From: Promethearchaeati archaeon SRVP18_Atabeyarchaeia-1 | GTDB taxonomy: Archaea > Asgardarchaeota > Atabeyarchaeia > Atabeyarchaeales > Atabeyarchaeaceae | Direction of reading: 5' to 3' | DNA: 64,000 nucleotides | Assembly (NCBI GenBank): GCA_037308085.1 | Contig: CP147779.1 | Location: 2,368,001 to 2,432,000, forward strand | Shown here: positions 20,786-31,457 of the stretch, piece by piece | How positions within the stretch are numbered: the stretch's first letter is position 1 | Layout: each line of letters opens with the position of its first letter | Program-made: the position numbers and the translations under genes | Notes under the pieces: generated by a model | Told to the model about the DNA's origin: nothing | Database searches by the model: none | What the model saw: only the letters and a program-made list of their open reading frames with translations

Positions 20786-23554
20786 TCAAGGATTTCTCCT
20801 TATTCTGTGGGGAGAGAAGAGCATCATCTTTAGAGTACTCACGTGGAACGGAAGTGATTCGAAGGTCACTTCCTGAGTGTTTCCGCTTTTTGCGAGCATG
20901 GCTTTGCTGGTGGTTATTTCAGATTCCTCGCACATATTCACCTCGATAACGCCTCTGATGCTCTCGCTTGCCCTTACCTTGCCGCCGACCTTCTTGCTCG
21001 TAGTATTGTAGACTCTGATAATGATCCCTGACCCGTCTTCGGATCTCTTTATGGCGCTTATGAGTATGTTGTCTGGCTCCATGGTGAGGAAGCTCAGCTC
21101 CAGTGGGAGAGAAACTACCTGTGGAGCTCCAGCCTTGACTACTGGTTCATGAAAGTCGCCGGGAACAATGGCTTGCTCTCCTAACACGGCGAATTCGTGG
21201 TCCACAACCTGCACGGTCCTCATCGGAACCCTGTGCTGCATGGATTGAAGGTATGCCTTTGATTCCTCCCATGTCCCCTTGTGTGGAATTACCGAGTAGT
21301 TGAAGATTTGTTTACCCAAGCACTGCGCACCCGGTGTTGGGATTAGTGGACCAGCTGCCGGCCTTGTCGATAGCTGCTCTTGGGACAGCATCCCAACGCA
21401 TCTGAGCAGGGTTACTGCTATTGTGCCCTCTTGCTTCACCTCGTATTCCATCAGCCCCCTTGTAGCGACAGTGACGCCTTTCTCGCAATCGTCTAGGGAC
21501 ACAAATGACTGCATTGAATGCGTGGGGGCGGGACGCTCAAGCCAATTCTTCCCTTCTGGCATCGCGATAGGTCGCTTTATTACGTGGAAAGCTTGGTCAG
21601 CATTTGCGTGATCAGAGGTTATTCCAGTCGGGAATACAACTCTTAGTCTGTGGTCTCCCGCGTTGTTATCTAGTTCTAGGGTGAAATCCACCCTCGGCAC
21701 ACCTGGGCTGACCGAGACAAGACACCTGACTCGGCATGGCACAAGCTGGCTCGATCTTGTCCTCCTATCTTCGGTGGCTCGCGCCGGGAGGGGAAGCTCA
21801 TATTCTGTTTTCAAGGTGGATCTTGCGGGTCCATTCTCAAGAAGCATAACACTCGCGGTCGAGTTCCTGCTCGAGTACAGTTTATCCTCGCCCGGAGGGT
21901 CGTAGTTGTATTCGTCGCCGACGTCCCCTCCGTCTTCCAAGGTGTTGAAGCCCGAGTAAGTGACCGCCGACGCTTTGTCAGTCAGAGTGATGGACCCGTT
22001 TTTCTCAGCTTTCACGCTGAAGTACTCATTCTCTATCGTATCTGCCTGGTGAGGGGATGAGATGGATTCACCCAAGTCTGCACCCTCCATGCCCGTACCC
22101 TTCTTGGATAGCCACCTGACTCGGTATGTCTTGTATCCGCATGACGGCACATCTTTCGCTAGGAATGCCGCATCGAATACCTTCTCCTTGTACGCTGATG
22201 AGTAGACTCTCCCGATCCTCCTTGTCTGGAGCACCGCAAAAGGGACGGGTTTTCCATCCTGGTCTACGATCTCAAATTCATCGGTACTCTTCTTGGCTAA
22301 GATTGTCGTCTCGACGGCGTCGGTTCTGCTCCAGCCCGATGGATTGAACACAACTATGGCATAGTCCGTTGGATCCAATTTGATCATTGAGGCAATTAGG
22401 CAGAGATCATTCTTCAGGACTGCGCCGGCAAGCTGTTCTGCGGATGCAAACCTAGTCATCATTTCGTCGTATACAGGATCTATTCCACAACCACAGATTG
22501 AGTCATGCGGGTGGCACTGTATGGCGTACTTCCAAGCTTGCCAGATCAGACCTTGGTTGTGTCTCCCGCTTAGGCTCCAAGCCCAAGCGTCGAAGGGTTC
22601 AGCCCATTGCTCCAGAAGAGCTTCTATCTCAGCATTCTTTTGCTTCAAGTATGTCCGGGTGGAAGTCACACCTGTGAGGACAGCTTCGTACTTTGAGCCC
22701 CTAAATTCACCTTCAACAACCTGGAGTGAAGGATTCTCAGCCTTGACGAGTGCGAAGTAGTCTGCGAAGCTCCCTATTCTTACCTCGGTTTCAGGGTTAC
22801 TCCTGTTCACGTTCTGGACTACAAGGGGTATGTGCGGCTGAGCCTCAACGTGATCATTGCCATTCATAAGAAGGATATTTCCCGTTGCAGCCTTCTTTTT
22901 CAACATGTCTATAACTCGGGCTACGTAACCGAGTGCGCTTGCCATGTTTGTGCTCACGTCTTTTAGGTTCGCGTAGTGCAGAACAAGCCAGTGGGTTAAC
23001 ACAGATGTGATTCCGTCTGGAGCACGCCAAGTGAACTCGGATCTTAGGGTTTCTCCTTCATCCCCCATGCCCCTTGTGAAGATAGCTGCGTCTATTCCAC
23101 ACCCGCTGAGGATCTGGGGCATTTGGGCTATCTGTCCAAATGCGTCCGGCATATATCCAACCTTCATCACTTTCCCGTACTTCTGGGCCAGTTTCATTCC
23201 TAGGAGCAGGTTCCTTATGTGAGCCTCACCGCTTACAAGGAAGTTGTCGGGTTGAATATAGGCAGGTCCTATGGCTATTCGCCCATCTCGAATGTACTTA
23301 GTTAGCTCTTGCTCACGTTCTGGTCTGACTTCAAGATAGTCTTCGATTGGTGCCACTTGGCCATCCATGGTGAAACAAGTAAACTTGGGATCCTTTGCCA
23401 AGATGGCGAGGAGGTTGTCCATCATCTTCACTAGGCGGGTCCTGAAGACCTGGAAGGGAGAATACCATTCCCGGTCCCAGTGGGTATGAGGGACCAAAAT
23501 GGCCCTTAGCTTCTTGTTACCCCTGACCTTTGTCGACTGCATTTTGCGCGCCAT
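20786..23554 (-). CDS. GH38 alpha-mannosidase / mannosylglycerate hydrolase-like
   Basis: HTHWDREWY, DGQ, PDAFG, HDSICGC. Confidence 0.92.
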   Translation of the reverse strand: MARKMQSTKVRGNKKLRAILVPHTHWDREWYSPFQVFRTRLVKMMDNLLAILAKDPKFTCFTMDGQVAPIEDYLEVRPEREQELTKYIRDGRIAIGPAYIQPDNFLVSGEAHIRNLLLGMKLAQKYGKVMKVGYMPDAFGQIAQMPQILSGCGIDAAIFTRGMGDEGETLRSEFTWRAPDGITSVLTHWLVLHYANLKDVSTNMASALGYVARVIDMLKKKAATGNILLMNGNDHVEAQPHIPLVVQNVNRSNPETEVRIGSFADYFALVKAENPSLQVVEGEFRGSKYEAVLTGVTSTRTYLKQKNAEIEALLEQWAEPFDAWAWSLSGRHNQGLIWQAWKYAIQCHPHDSICGCGIDPVYDEMMTRFASAEQLAGAVLKNDLCLIASMIKLDPTDYAIVVFNPSGWSRTDAVETTILAKKSTDEFEIVDQDGKPVPFAVLQTRRIGRVYSSAYKEKVFDAAFLAKDVPSCGYKTYRVRWLSKKGTGMEGADLGESISSPHQADTIENEYFSVKAEKNGSITLTDKASAVTYSGFNTLEDGGDVGDEYNYDPPGEDKLYSSRNSTASVMLLENGPARSTLKTEYELPLPARATEDRRTRSSQLVPCRVRCLVSVSPGVPRVDFTLELDNNAGDHRLRVVFPTGITSDHANADQAFHVIKRPIAMPEGKNWLERPAPTHSMQSFVSLDDCEKGVTVATRGLMEYEVKQEGTIAVTLLRCVGMLSQEQLSTRPAAGPLIPTPGAQCLGKQIFNYSVIPHKGTWEESKAYLQSMQHRVPMRTVQVVDHEFAVLGEQAIVPGDFHEPVVKAGAPQVVSLPLELSFLTMEPDNILISAIKRSEDGSGIIIRVYNTTSKKVGGKVRASESIRGVIEVNMCEESEITTSKAMLAKSGNTQEVTFESLPFHVSTLKMMLFSPHRIRRNP

Positions 23555-23613
23555 GCCAAATCCCTCGAATAAAGGAGTAGAGCCCGAAAAAACCAGAATC
23601 CTAAGGAACTCTG

Positions 23614-24150
23614 TTAATAGTCTCTTTTCACTATTCTAGGCTCTGAGGGTCTTGCCGCTCTTCTAGCTATCTTTCGCATCTCAGGCGGAGTCTTCTTTTC
23701 GGCTACCCCTTTCGCGGTTCCTGCTACTCTCCTGTGGCGTTCTGAGAGCCCAGCGAGCTCGTTCTGCGCGCTTGTAAGAACTAGCACGATGTCGCCGCTA
23801 ACCTCACTTATCCTGCTCACCGACCTGATGGCTTTTTCAATCTTGGATATAGCTTGATCTGTGAGTTCGGCCTCACTCGGAATCTCGTCCACGGAGGATA
23901 CCGCAGTTGGCTGCGCTGCCCCTGCCGGTATTCCGTGTCCGAGAATAGTGTTATCAGGGGCTTCAACTGCCCGAATAACAAAATCGTTGTCCACCCAAAC
24001 TGTTGTCGCGTGCATCGGGTCACCATGGATGTAAGAAACTGAGATTGGAAGCCTCTTTGCCTGCTCCAGCATTGAACGGTCTATCCTGACCCTTATGAGA
24101 TCTTGGCACTTTGGGCATTTGAGTTCAAGTGTCTTTTGGCTAATACCCAC
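23614..24150 (-). CDS. Hypothetical protein with N-terminal CxxC/His motif
   Basis: CPKC...HGDPMH...VDNDFVIR; starts 9 nt after the GTPase stop codon. Confidence 0.6.
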   Translation of the reverse strand: MGISQKTLELKCPKCQDLIRVRIDRSMLEQAKRLPISVSYIHGDPMHATTVWVDNDFVIRAVEAPDNTILGHGIPAGAAQPTAVSSVDEIPSEAELTDQAISKIEKAIRSVSRISEVSGDIVLVLTSAQNELAGLSERHRRVAGTAKGVAEKKTPPEMRKIARRAARPSEPRIVKRDY

Positions 24151-24159
24151 GGCGCCAGA

Positions 24160-24750
24160 TCACCCCTTGGTCTTTTTTGCCAGATTGTACGCGAGCTCCG
24201 CGACCTTTGCGAAAACGGTGTCGACGTTGAGTCCAGTCTTGGATGATACATCAAAGTAACCATTCAACTTGTTCTTGGCTGAGAACTCACTACCATCCTC
24301 TTGCTTGACCGTTCTCTGATCCTTGAGGTCGACCTTCGTGCCCACGAGTACTATGGGTACGTCGCCTGCGTTCTTCCTGATTATGTCGATCCATTCTGGA
24401 AGGTTCTTTACGCTCTGGAATCGAGTTGAATCAAATGCTAAGATGGCGGCGTTTGCCCCTTTGCAGTAAGCTGGGAGAATGAACCTGAAGCGTTCTTCAC
24501 CACCGAAATCCCAGATCTGAAGCTTTATTGACTCACCGTGCAATTGAACTTCCTTGGAAGCGAAACCAACGCCGACTGTGGTTCTGGTGTCATGCTTGAA
24601 GATGCCCTCACAGTACCTGATTATCAATGTGGTCTTGCCTACACCTCCCTCACCAGCAACGACCAGCTTGTAGACGTACTGTCCCATTGTATGAGGAGCA
24701 ACAGTCTTCTCCCGCGCCCTTTCTACGTCTTTCTTCTCTTTCTTAGACAT
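24160..24750 (-). CDS. Rab-like small GTPase
   Basis: GEGGVGKTT, TVGVGF, IKLQIWDFGGEERF, GTKVD, VSSK. Confidence 0.9.
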   Translation of the reverse strand: MSKKEKKDVERAREKTVAPHTMGQYVYKLVVAGEGGVGKTTLIIRYCEGIFKHDTRTTVGVGFASKEVQLHGESIKLQIWDFGGEERFRFILPAYCKGANAAILAFDSTRFQSVKNLPEWIDIIRKNAGDVPIVLVGTKVDLKDQRTVKQEDGSEFSAKNKLNGYFDVSSKTGLNVDTVFAKVAELAYNLAKKTKG

Positions 24751-24961
24751 GGTTCTGATAAGCACCTCATAAGTATGCTGCCGTTATGATCTTTCTAGCC
24801 TATGCCTAAATTACCTTTCGCTAGATGGATTTAAGCCTAGGGAGAGTATTTCGGAAGTCGCAAGGCACGTAATCCGTGTAGGACACCTTCGGAGGACAAG
24901 CGCCTTCTGCCATCCAAGTTTCGCTTGCATTACAGAAAAATATGGGGTAGGGAGACTCCAT

Positions 24962-25720
24962 TCAAAGTATTCCGCTTAGCAACTGCACAATGATAACGTT
25001 GCCAATTAGGTACGGCACAATCGACGCCAGTACACCCATTATCACCATTTCGCCGCCCGACTTCAGCCAATGCTTCATCGTGAAGGTTGACTTCCATACG
25101 CCAATTGCAAATAGAAGAATGTAAGTCACTGCTGCCGCCGCAATAAGCCCTGTCTCAGGGATGTAGGTGAAGAAGAATGGTGTGAGAGGTACCACTCCGC
25201 CGACTAGGAATGCAACGAACATTACTAGCGCTACCTTGACTGGGTTTTCGAATCGTTCTGCTATGATTCCCAGCTCTTCTCTCATCATTACGTCGAGCCA
25301 TATTTTCTTATCTTCGGTTAAGCGGTTGACAATCTGTTCTAACTCTGCTTCCGTGAATCTCGCTTTCTTGCGATATATCTGGCGGAGTTCTTCTTTTTCA
25401 ACGGCTGGGAGTTCTTCCATCTCCCGCTTCTCTATGTTCATCTCGCCTTTGTGGTGTTCGATCTCCGATTTTGACGAGATATATGCGCCGACTGCCATCG
25501 AAATTGATCCAGCGACAACCCCTGAAAGACCTGCAATGATTATCTGGGACCGCAAAAGTGCCCCGCCGACTACGCCGGCCAATAGAGCTAATGTTGAGAC
25601 TGACCCGTCGTTGGCACCGAAGACGATCTCTCTAATGCTTACGCGGCTATGCCACTTTTCTCCTTCTTCGATAGCTTTCCTTGCTCTTTCGACGACCGCT
25701 TTCTTGCTGAGTTCAGGCAT
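24962..25720 (-). CDS. VIT1/CCC1 Fe/Mn transporter
   Basis: FGANDG, SMAVGAYIS, MMREELG, GGVVPL. Confidence 0.9.
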   Translation of the reverse strand: MPELSKKAVVERARKAIEEGEKWHSRVSIREIVFGANDGSVSTLALLAGVVGGALLRSQIIIAGLSGVVAGSISMAVGAYISSKSEIEHHKGEMNIEKREMEELPAVEKEELRQIYRKKARFTEAELEQIVNRLTEDKKIWLDVMMREELGIIAERFENPVKVALVMFVAFLVGGVVPLTPFFFTYIPETGLIAAAAVTYILLFAIGVWKSTFTMKHWLKSGGEMVIMGVLASIVPYLIGNVIIVQLLSGIL

Positions 25721-26103
25721 CCACTACATCGCCCTCATTTACGCGACTTCACTACGTCATCGCTTTTAAGCTGTGCTATTGTGGTGAAGGATATCGTGTA
25801 TTCAGAATGGAACGGTTCATCCGAAATTTGTTCGTCTTTCTCTGTGATGCATCGCTCGCCCGATGGCTGGGGCTATCGCCACCGTCATCATTCCCGAGTG
25901 ACCTACTATCAGGCAAAGAAGACATGTTTAATGGGCAGGTGGCAATGAAAGCGAATGTTTCCGTGACTTTTCAGTCGTACAAAAACCTCCTTCCCCCACC
26001 CTCTTTTTTCCCCTGTCCTTCCTAGTCTCGCGTTACTGAAAAGTACTTACAGAAATAGAAACCCAGAAGAGAATTGATGGAGCGAGGTGCGCGTGCTAAT
26101 AAC

Positions 26104-26649
26104 TCATTTCGAGGGCTTTCTAACTATTTCGACTTCACAGCACGAGTCACCCAACGGGATCTTCTTATTGTGGTTAATGGTAAAATCTGTCCCTGGGAAC
26201 GCGCCTTTTAACATCCCGCGAACACTCGCTTGGGTCACCTTGTAGCAGGGCGCTGTTTCGCGGGTCCAGACCTTGCTGACCATTTTCCAGACTTCACAAT
26301 CATTAACTCTGAGGATGGCTCTATTCTCGTCAATACACGAAACTTCGCCTTTGACCCTCATCAGCCTTTGCTGCACTCTGGCCACCACGGGTAGCACTTG
26401 GCAGAATCCGCCTTGCAGGTTCAGCTTTGAAACAATCCTCTTCACCAACCTTTCGGAAAAAGTCTCCCACGCCCTAGCATCAAGATCTGTCGCTGCACTA
26501 ACTCCATACTTCTCCGCTGCAGCGATGAACCACGCTCCATCTAGCCTAAGAAAAGCATAAGTCGCTATATCCAAAAGCGCTTCCGAATCTACCTCTGGAA
26601 CTTTCATAGAAACCACCGTGAGGAGACCACCCTTTTCAGAGAAAGCCAC
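26104..26649 (-). CDS. DUF6125 / V4R-like protein
   Basis: LDGAWF...EKYG...A, C...C, GDSCCE. Confidence 0.6.
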   Translation of the reverse strand: MAFSEKGGLLTVVSMKVPEVDSEALLDIATYAFLRLDGAWFIAAAEKYGVSAATDLDARAWETFSERLVKRIVSKLNLQGGFCQVLPVVARVQQRLMRVKGEVSCIDENRAILRVNDCEVWKMVSKVWTRETAPCYKVTQASVRGMLKGAFPGTDFTINHNKKIPLGDSCCEVEIVRKPSK

Positions 26650-26823
26650 CTATCTCAATAGGTGGTAGTTTACCCAACTCACTTCTATCCTTTCACCGTT
26701 AGACTCGACGCTTCATCAATGATGGTTACCGTGCTTAATAACTAGTAGCATATCGCGCGCGCACACATGAATACGATAGCTCTTCTCGGGACTTCATTTG
26801 GTGCGTTCTTCCTCGTTAGCTTC

Positions 26824-27531
26824 CTAGCCCCCAAGGAATACGGTTGTCGCAACTATCGCGATGCCTATGAGAACCATTCCTACTCCTACCCTTATCCTGC
26901 TTCTGCAGGTGTATCCCGCCCATTCATACCCTACTGCGAAGAGCAGTCCAATTGCGACAACGTTTGAGAGACGGACTGCCGTCCTGAGGCTTGCTGCGAA
27001 CAGGAAGGGAACTATCACCGGGAACGTGGACGAGAACTCGATCAATAATAACAGTAAGGCGCCAATCACATCGTCTTTGGTTACCCCCTCATCGAGAGGT
27101 GAAGCATGCGCAGTGCTTTTGATAATCTCCCTGGTAATTCGCTTTCTTTCTCTGACCCCCAAGGTTCCGATGACGGTATCCGATAATTCATTTTCTATCG
27201 CATGAGCTGCCGATGGCTTGTCTGGCGCTGATCTGATCATTGAGATCAACTTGATGTGCCTATCCCGTCTAAACGCGCTGGTCAGTGTATACATGACTCC
27301 GTCCACTATGCCCCATGCAGCATTGCAGCCTAAGGCTGCGAAGACTATTGATCTCATCCCTGCGGGAGTATCTGGAAGCGTAATCTCCAAAGTGCTGGTC
27401 ACCGTGAGAACCATGATCAGTCCGAAGATAATCTCCGAAAAACGATCTGCAGGAGACAGATACTTTTCTGAGAAACTCCTGATGGGTTTGGAAAGGAAAT
27501 ACGCGGCCATCCGATTACATCTCCACTGCAA
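26824..27531 (-). CDS. VIT1/CCC1-related membrane protein
   Basis: DRFSEIIFGLIMVLT, GCNAAWGIVDG. Confidence 0.75.
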   Translation of the reverse strand: MQWRCNRMAAYFLSKPIRSFSEKYLSPADRFSEIIFGLIMVLTVTSTLEITLPDTPAGMRSIVFAALGCNAAWGIVDGVMYTLTSAFRRDRHIKLISMIRSAPDKPSAAHAIENELSDTVIGTLGVRERKRITREIIKSTAHASPLDEGVTKDDVIGALLLLLIEFSSTFPVIVPFLFAASLRTAVRLSNVVAIGLLFAVGYEWAGYTCRSRIRVGVGMVLIGIAIVATTVFLGG

Positions 27532-27682
27532 ATGGACAATATATCTTGGGGCACGGCCCCCTACATGGTTATTCCCAGAATATCTCTGGAGAGCGCGCTA
27601 CTTTGTCGGTGAAGGCTCAAACGTGCCTGTTTCTGAATCCCGAGTCAATCATGACGTCATAACCCTGCAAGATCCTGTGCTC

Positions 27683-28107
27683 TCAGTCCGCTTTCTTGAT
27701 GAACTTGGCTATGCATTCTGCAAAGAAGTCAAAATCCTTCAGATTCTGCTTCAGGTGCTCACACAGCTCGTCTGTATCCACTTCCATGTATTTGCGAACC
27801 AGAATGTTCCTGAAGCCTGCGGCAGGGGCAACTTCTTGGCAAAGTCTCTGGGCAGGATATTCTCTTTTCCGAGAACCTCTATTACGTCTTTGTATTCCTC
27901 AGGTTTTTGAAGGTCTTTCATGGAAATGATGATCTCGCCTATGTCCAGCACTGATTCCTACGCTAACTGAAAATTCCTTTCTATAGCACTTCTGACCGTG
28001 TAGTCCGCGTTCAGTCTTTCTTTGGTAATGTCCTTAAAGGATTTGAGGAAATCTACATACTTCTTCATGTTCCTCAGTTTGACCAGTATCTTTTCGCTGT
28101 CCTTCAT
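27683..28107 (-). pseudogene. HEPN (DUF86) toxin pseudogene
   Basis: AIERNFQLA*ESVLDIG with TAG at 27958-27960; 1-nt frameshift near 27831; RNILVR in place of RNILVH. Confidence 0.85.
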
Positions 28108-28517
28108 GATCCTCTCCTCTCGATTATTCTGTCAAGGAATATGCTTAAGCTTCTTTGTTCGTCGTACCTCCGGTCGAGGTAGTGTGACAATATCCCAGAC
28201 TCTATGTCCGTTTTTTCTCCTACATCTCTTATTTGTAGGATTTTGCCGTGTTTAATGATTTCGTAGTTTAGATCTACTGGGGAGTCATTTATAACCACCA
28301 AGTCTAGTTTGTTGGTTTTCAAGATGGACGATACTACGTTGATTAGCTCAAGTTTTAGTTTCTGTCTCTCCTTCTTGCTTAGTCTCTTGTCCAAGAAGAT
28401 GGCAACGTCTACATCGCTTAGTGGTCCTTGGTTTCCTTTCGCACACGATCCAAAGAGGTATGTGAGTTTAACTTGCTCCTGTTTGGCAAGGAATCGCTGT
28501 AGTTTGTCCATCCTCAT
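28104..28517 (-). CDS. MNT antitoxin (MntA-like)
   Basis: YLFGSCAKG...SDVDVAI, KLDLVVIN. Confidence 0.9.
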   Translation of the reverse strand: MRMDKLQRFLAKQEQVKLTYLFGSCAKGNQGPLSDVDVAIFLDKRLSKKERQKLKLELINVVSSILKTNKLDLVVINDSPVDLNYEIIKHGKILQIRDVGEKTDIESGILSHYLDRRYDEQRSLSIFLDRIIERRGS

Positions 28518-28649
28518 CCCTGTTTCATCCCGTAATAACGGTCTGCGTTTTGCCCTTATTATTTGCTTGCGATGGACACCGGTCAGACCCCAACAAAGCG
28601 AATGTTTTAATAATTGTCTCGCCCTTAATACAGTGGAAGGAAAGTAGCA

Positions 28650-29411
28650 ATGCCTGTAAATGGGTCGAATGAGGTAGGCTCAATGGGAGAACCTACCCAA
28701 ACCTCTAGCACACTTTCGGAGGAAGCGCTATGCGTACTGCAGGCCTACGGGACGTCAACATATGAGCTGGAGGAGACCCTGTTCCACAAGTACATCATGG
28801 TCTGCGCCGCAAGGAAGAGGGAGGAGCCCGCATACTCGGAGAGGGATAAGTTCCATCAGCTTCTGGATAAGCTCTCCGACGTTGGCTACCTCAAACTCAT
28901 AAGCAGAGGGGACAAGCTCTACTGGATGAGACTTCGCTCAGCCCTGGAGCTGGAGGAGGGAGGACAGGCAATCACACCGGAGAAAGCGGCTCAGATCATA
29001 GGCGAAGCAAGGACCAGAAGAGCAGAAGATGAAAAGGAATCGATTCGTCGTGGCAGAGATGAGTCGGCAGAGGTCCAGAAACCAACGGTCGGAGAAATAG
29101 CTGATGTCGTACTGAGCGAGCTACAGAAGAACTATGAGCCTGAGAAACTGAAGAGCTACGTAGCCAGAGATGGGGCTGGAGACATCAGAAGACCAATCAA
29201 GGAGATGCACGAAGCGCTGATTAGTGGTGTCGACGAGTTCAGGCTATACATTGAGAGAAGCATACCGCCTAAGCTAAAAGGTCAGCTTACCTACTTCCTT
29301 GCAACGTGTGGCAGAGACTCCCTGCTAGCAGCACTCGCCATATCTCTAATGATGCCACTCCGGACGTCAGCATCCGTATCTGCCCGAGAAGAACCTAAGC
29401 CTACCCAGTAA
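28650..29411 (+). CDS. Hypothetical protein, possible N-terminal winged helix
   Basis: 253-aa ORF; LDKLSDVGYL...YW wHTH-like; TTTTAATAA upstream. Confidence 0.55.
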   Translation: MPVNGSNEVGSMGEPTQTSSTLSEEALCVLQAYGTSTYELEETLFHKYIMVCAARKREEPAYSERDKFHQLLDKLSDVGYLKLISRGDKLYWMRLRSALELEEGGQAITPEKAAQIIGEARTRRAEDEKESIRRGRDESAEVQKPTVGEIADVVLSELQKNYEPEKLKSYVARDGAGDIRRPIKEMHEALISGVDEFRLYIERSIPPKLKGQLTYFLATCGRDSLLAALAISLMMPLRTSASVSAREEPKPTQ

Positions 29412-29537
29412 TGAGATTCACGCTGAACAAGACATTTTTCTGGGGGGGTTAGAGGTCGACCCTATTCTCCTCTTAGCGTAGGGGACGACAGGAATCCAAA
29501 AAAAGAAAAGGGAAGTTGTCGGAGCGTCCTTTCCGCA

Positions 29538-30950
29538 CTATTTAATCTTCTCCAGTTCCTTTCCCCTGCACTCCAATTTCTCACGGCACGTGGCGAAGTC
29601 TTTTGGATAAGTCCTGTAGACGAGTGTATAGAATAACAGGCAGAAAGCCCATGGGATTACTGCCATGAGGAACATTGCTGAACCCAGCGCTTGGGCTATT
29701 TCGAAATGTCCCATTCCGCTGCCAAACAGGGTTATATCAGTTATGACGCCTACGAAGAAGGTTCCGAGCGCCCCTACTGAACCTTCGAAGACGCGGTCCA
29801 CGGAGAAGACTGATGCCCTTATCTCGGGCTCGAATATGTCACTGAAGATCGAGCTGTTGATTGGTCCGCACCATGATATTAGTAGACCAGTGAGGAACCC
29901 GAAGATCATATACAAGCCGAATGAGTCGACACTCATCGGGATCAACAAGAAGATCACGAACATCATAGGTATGCCTGAGAACACCGAGATCTGTGCTGCA
30001 ATGATTCTGCCACTCTTTGGACGCCACCTTGCTGCCCTGTCGCCAATCCACCCTCCAAGGAAGTTCCCTAGGGCCGCACCCACGGCGATTACCACGAACA
30101 TTATTCCAGCAGTCAGGGGATCGAATCCTATGTTTTCGAACCATTGGACCATGAACATTATTCCATTCCAAGGGATCGTTCCTGCGACACCCTGCGCTAG
30201 TATACAGAGGAATGTGCTGTTCCTTAGAATTCTCCCATAGTCTGAGCGCTTCACCTTGTATTTCTCTGCCTTCTGCCAGGTCAAAGCCTTTGCGAGCTCA
30301 GGTTCAACCCCACCGCGCAGAGGGTCCTTGACAAGCAGCCATACGAGCAAACCGATAATCACGGATACTGTGCTCCATACGACCAAGCCGAACCTCCAGC
30401 CAGTGAAGCCGAAGACCAGCACGCTCGGGTCGAGCGGCATCGCAACCATGAATATCGTGCCTGCAATTGTGCCAATTACTCCGGTTAGCCCCAGCAATCC
30501 GTAGGCTGCTCCTCTTTTCTCGGGGGGGTAGTAGTCCGAGATCAGGGAATTAGTGGTTGGGATGATTACAGCGAGACCAATGCCAGTTATCGCTCGGAAT
30601 ATTAGCATATCGATGTATTGCGAAGAAAGGGCTGTCAGCAGCGTAAAGATTCCCCAGAACCAGCACCCGAATGCAAGTACTTTTCTTCTCGAGTGCCTGT
30701 CACTCCACCAACCCCAAATCGGTGTCGACACCGACTGGAGAACTGACCTGATTGCAGTGACTGAGGCAAGCTGTGTGAAGGTGAGTGGCTGTCCTCTGGC
30801 TGCGAATTCGTTCTGCACGTTCTGGTATACTGTCGGGAATAGTTGCCCGTCTGAGTTGTCGACGATGTTTGCAAGATTCATCGTAGCGTTTGTGCGCCGC
30901 CTGCTGGGTACCTTTACTTTTGCGGTCTTCTGTGTTTTCTCCTTTGACAA
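29538..30950 (-). CDS. MFS transporter (plant/Spinster-like)
   Basis: WGWWSDRHSRRKV motif A, ISDYYPPEKRG, about 12 TM. Confidence 0.88.
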   Translation of the reverse strand: MSKEKTQKTAKVKVPSRRRTNATMNLANIVDNSDGQLFPTVYQNVQNEFAARGQPLTFTQLASVTAIRSVLQSVSTPIWGWWSDRHSRRKVLAFGCWFWGIFTLLTALSSQYIDMLIFRAITGIGLAVIIPTTNSLISDYYPPEKRGAAYGLLGLTGVIGTIAGTIFMVAMPLDPSVLVFGFTGWRFGLVVWSTVSVIIGLLVWLLVKDPLRGGVEPELAKALTWQKAEKYKVKRSDYGRILRNSTFLCILAQGVAGTIPWNGIMFMVQWFENIGFDPLTAGIMFVVIAVGAALGNFLGGWIGDRAARWRPKSGRIIAAQISVFSGIPMMFVIFLLIPMSVDSFGLYMIFGFLTGLLISWCGPINSSIFSDIFEPEIRASVFSVDRVFEGSVGALGTFFVGVITDITLFGSGMGHFEIAQALGSAMFLMAVIPWAFCLLFYTLVYRTYPKDFATCREKLECRGKELEKIK

Positions 30951-31457
30951 ATCCGTTGTTCGCCTCCTTGAATTTTCAAAATCGTACCCATCATGTTTAC
31001 GGAGCGGGTGTATGTTATTAACCAGTTAATAAAGGTTGATGAGAAGAATCAGTCCGTTATATGCAGCACTTATCAGTATGTTGGCTTCCCGCGCCTTTAT
31101 TTGGCTTCACCAAACCAGCCTGGGAGAAAACCCACCCGATAACCTATCAGCTGTGCTTGTTCCGTAGCTTGGATAATTCCGATCTTGGCGTCAGACTGTT
31201 ACATTTCTTTCGTCCCCAAGGAATCCTTTGCAGGCTGACAATCTGCAGACCATGAAGAGTGCGGCGCTACCTGGTGGCGAGCAGTCCACGCGCGCGATTG
31301 ACCTGGCATGAAATGCTGGATCAGCCATAAAGATCCGTTGGGGTTCCCACCCTGCTTTTTTGCCTTATATAGGATGCCTGTGTGATCGCCTCCCAGCCTG
31401 AGACTAGCATCAAGGAATCTCCCAAAGGGAGGCTGAGGAGCCACGAACATCAAGAAT

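Noticed and set aside
27958-27960. TAG read-through (pyrrolysine) in the HEPN gene
   Set aside because: The same gene also has a frameshift and an active-site substitution, so decay is the simpler explanation
31190-31330. 45-codon minus-strand ORF as a radical SAM precursor peptide
   Set aside because: No RBS or recognisable motif, and separated from the radical SAM gene by GH3
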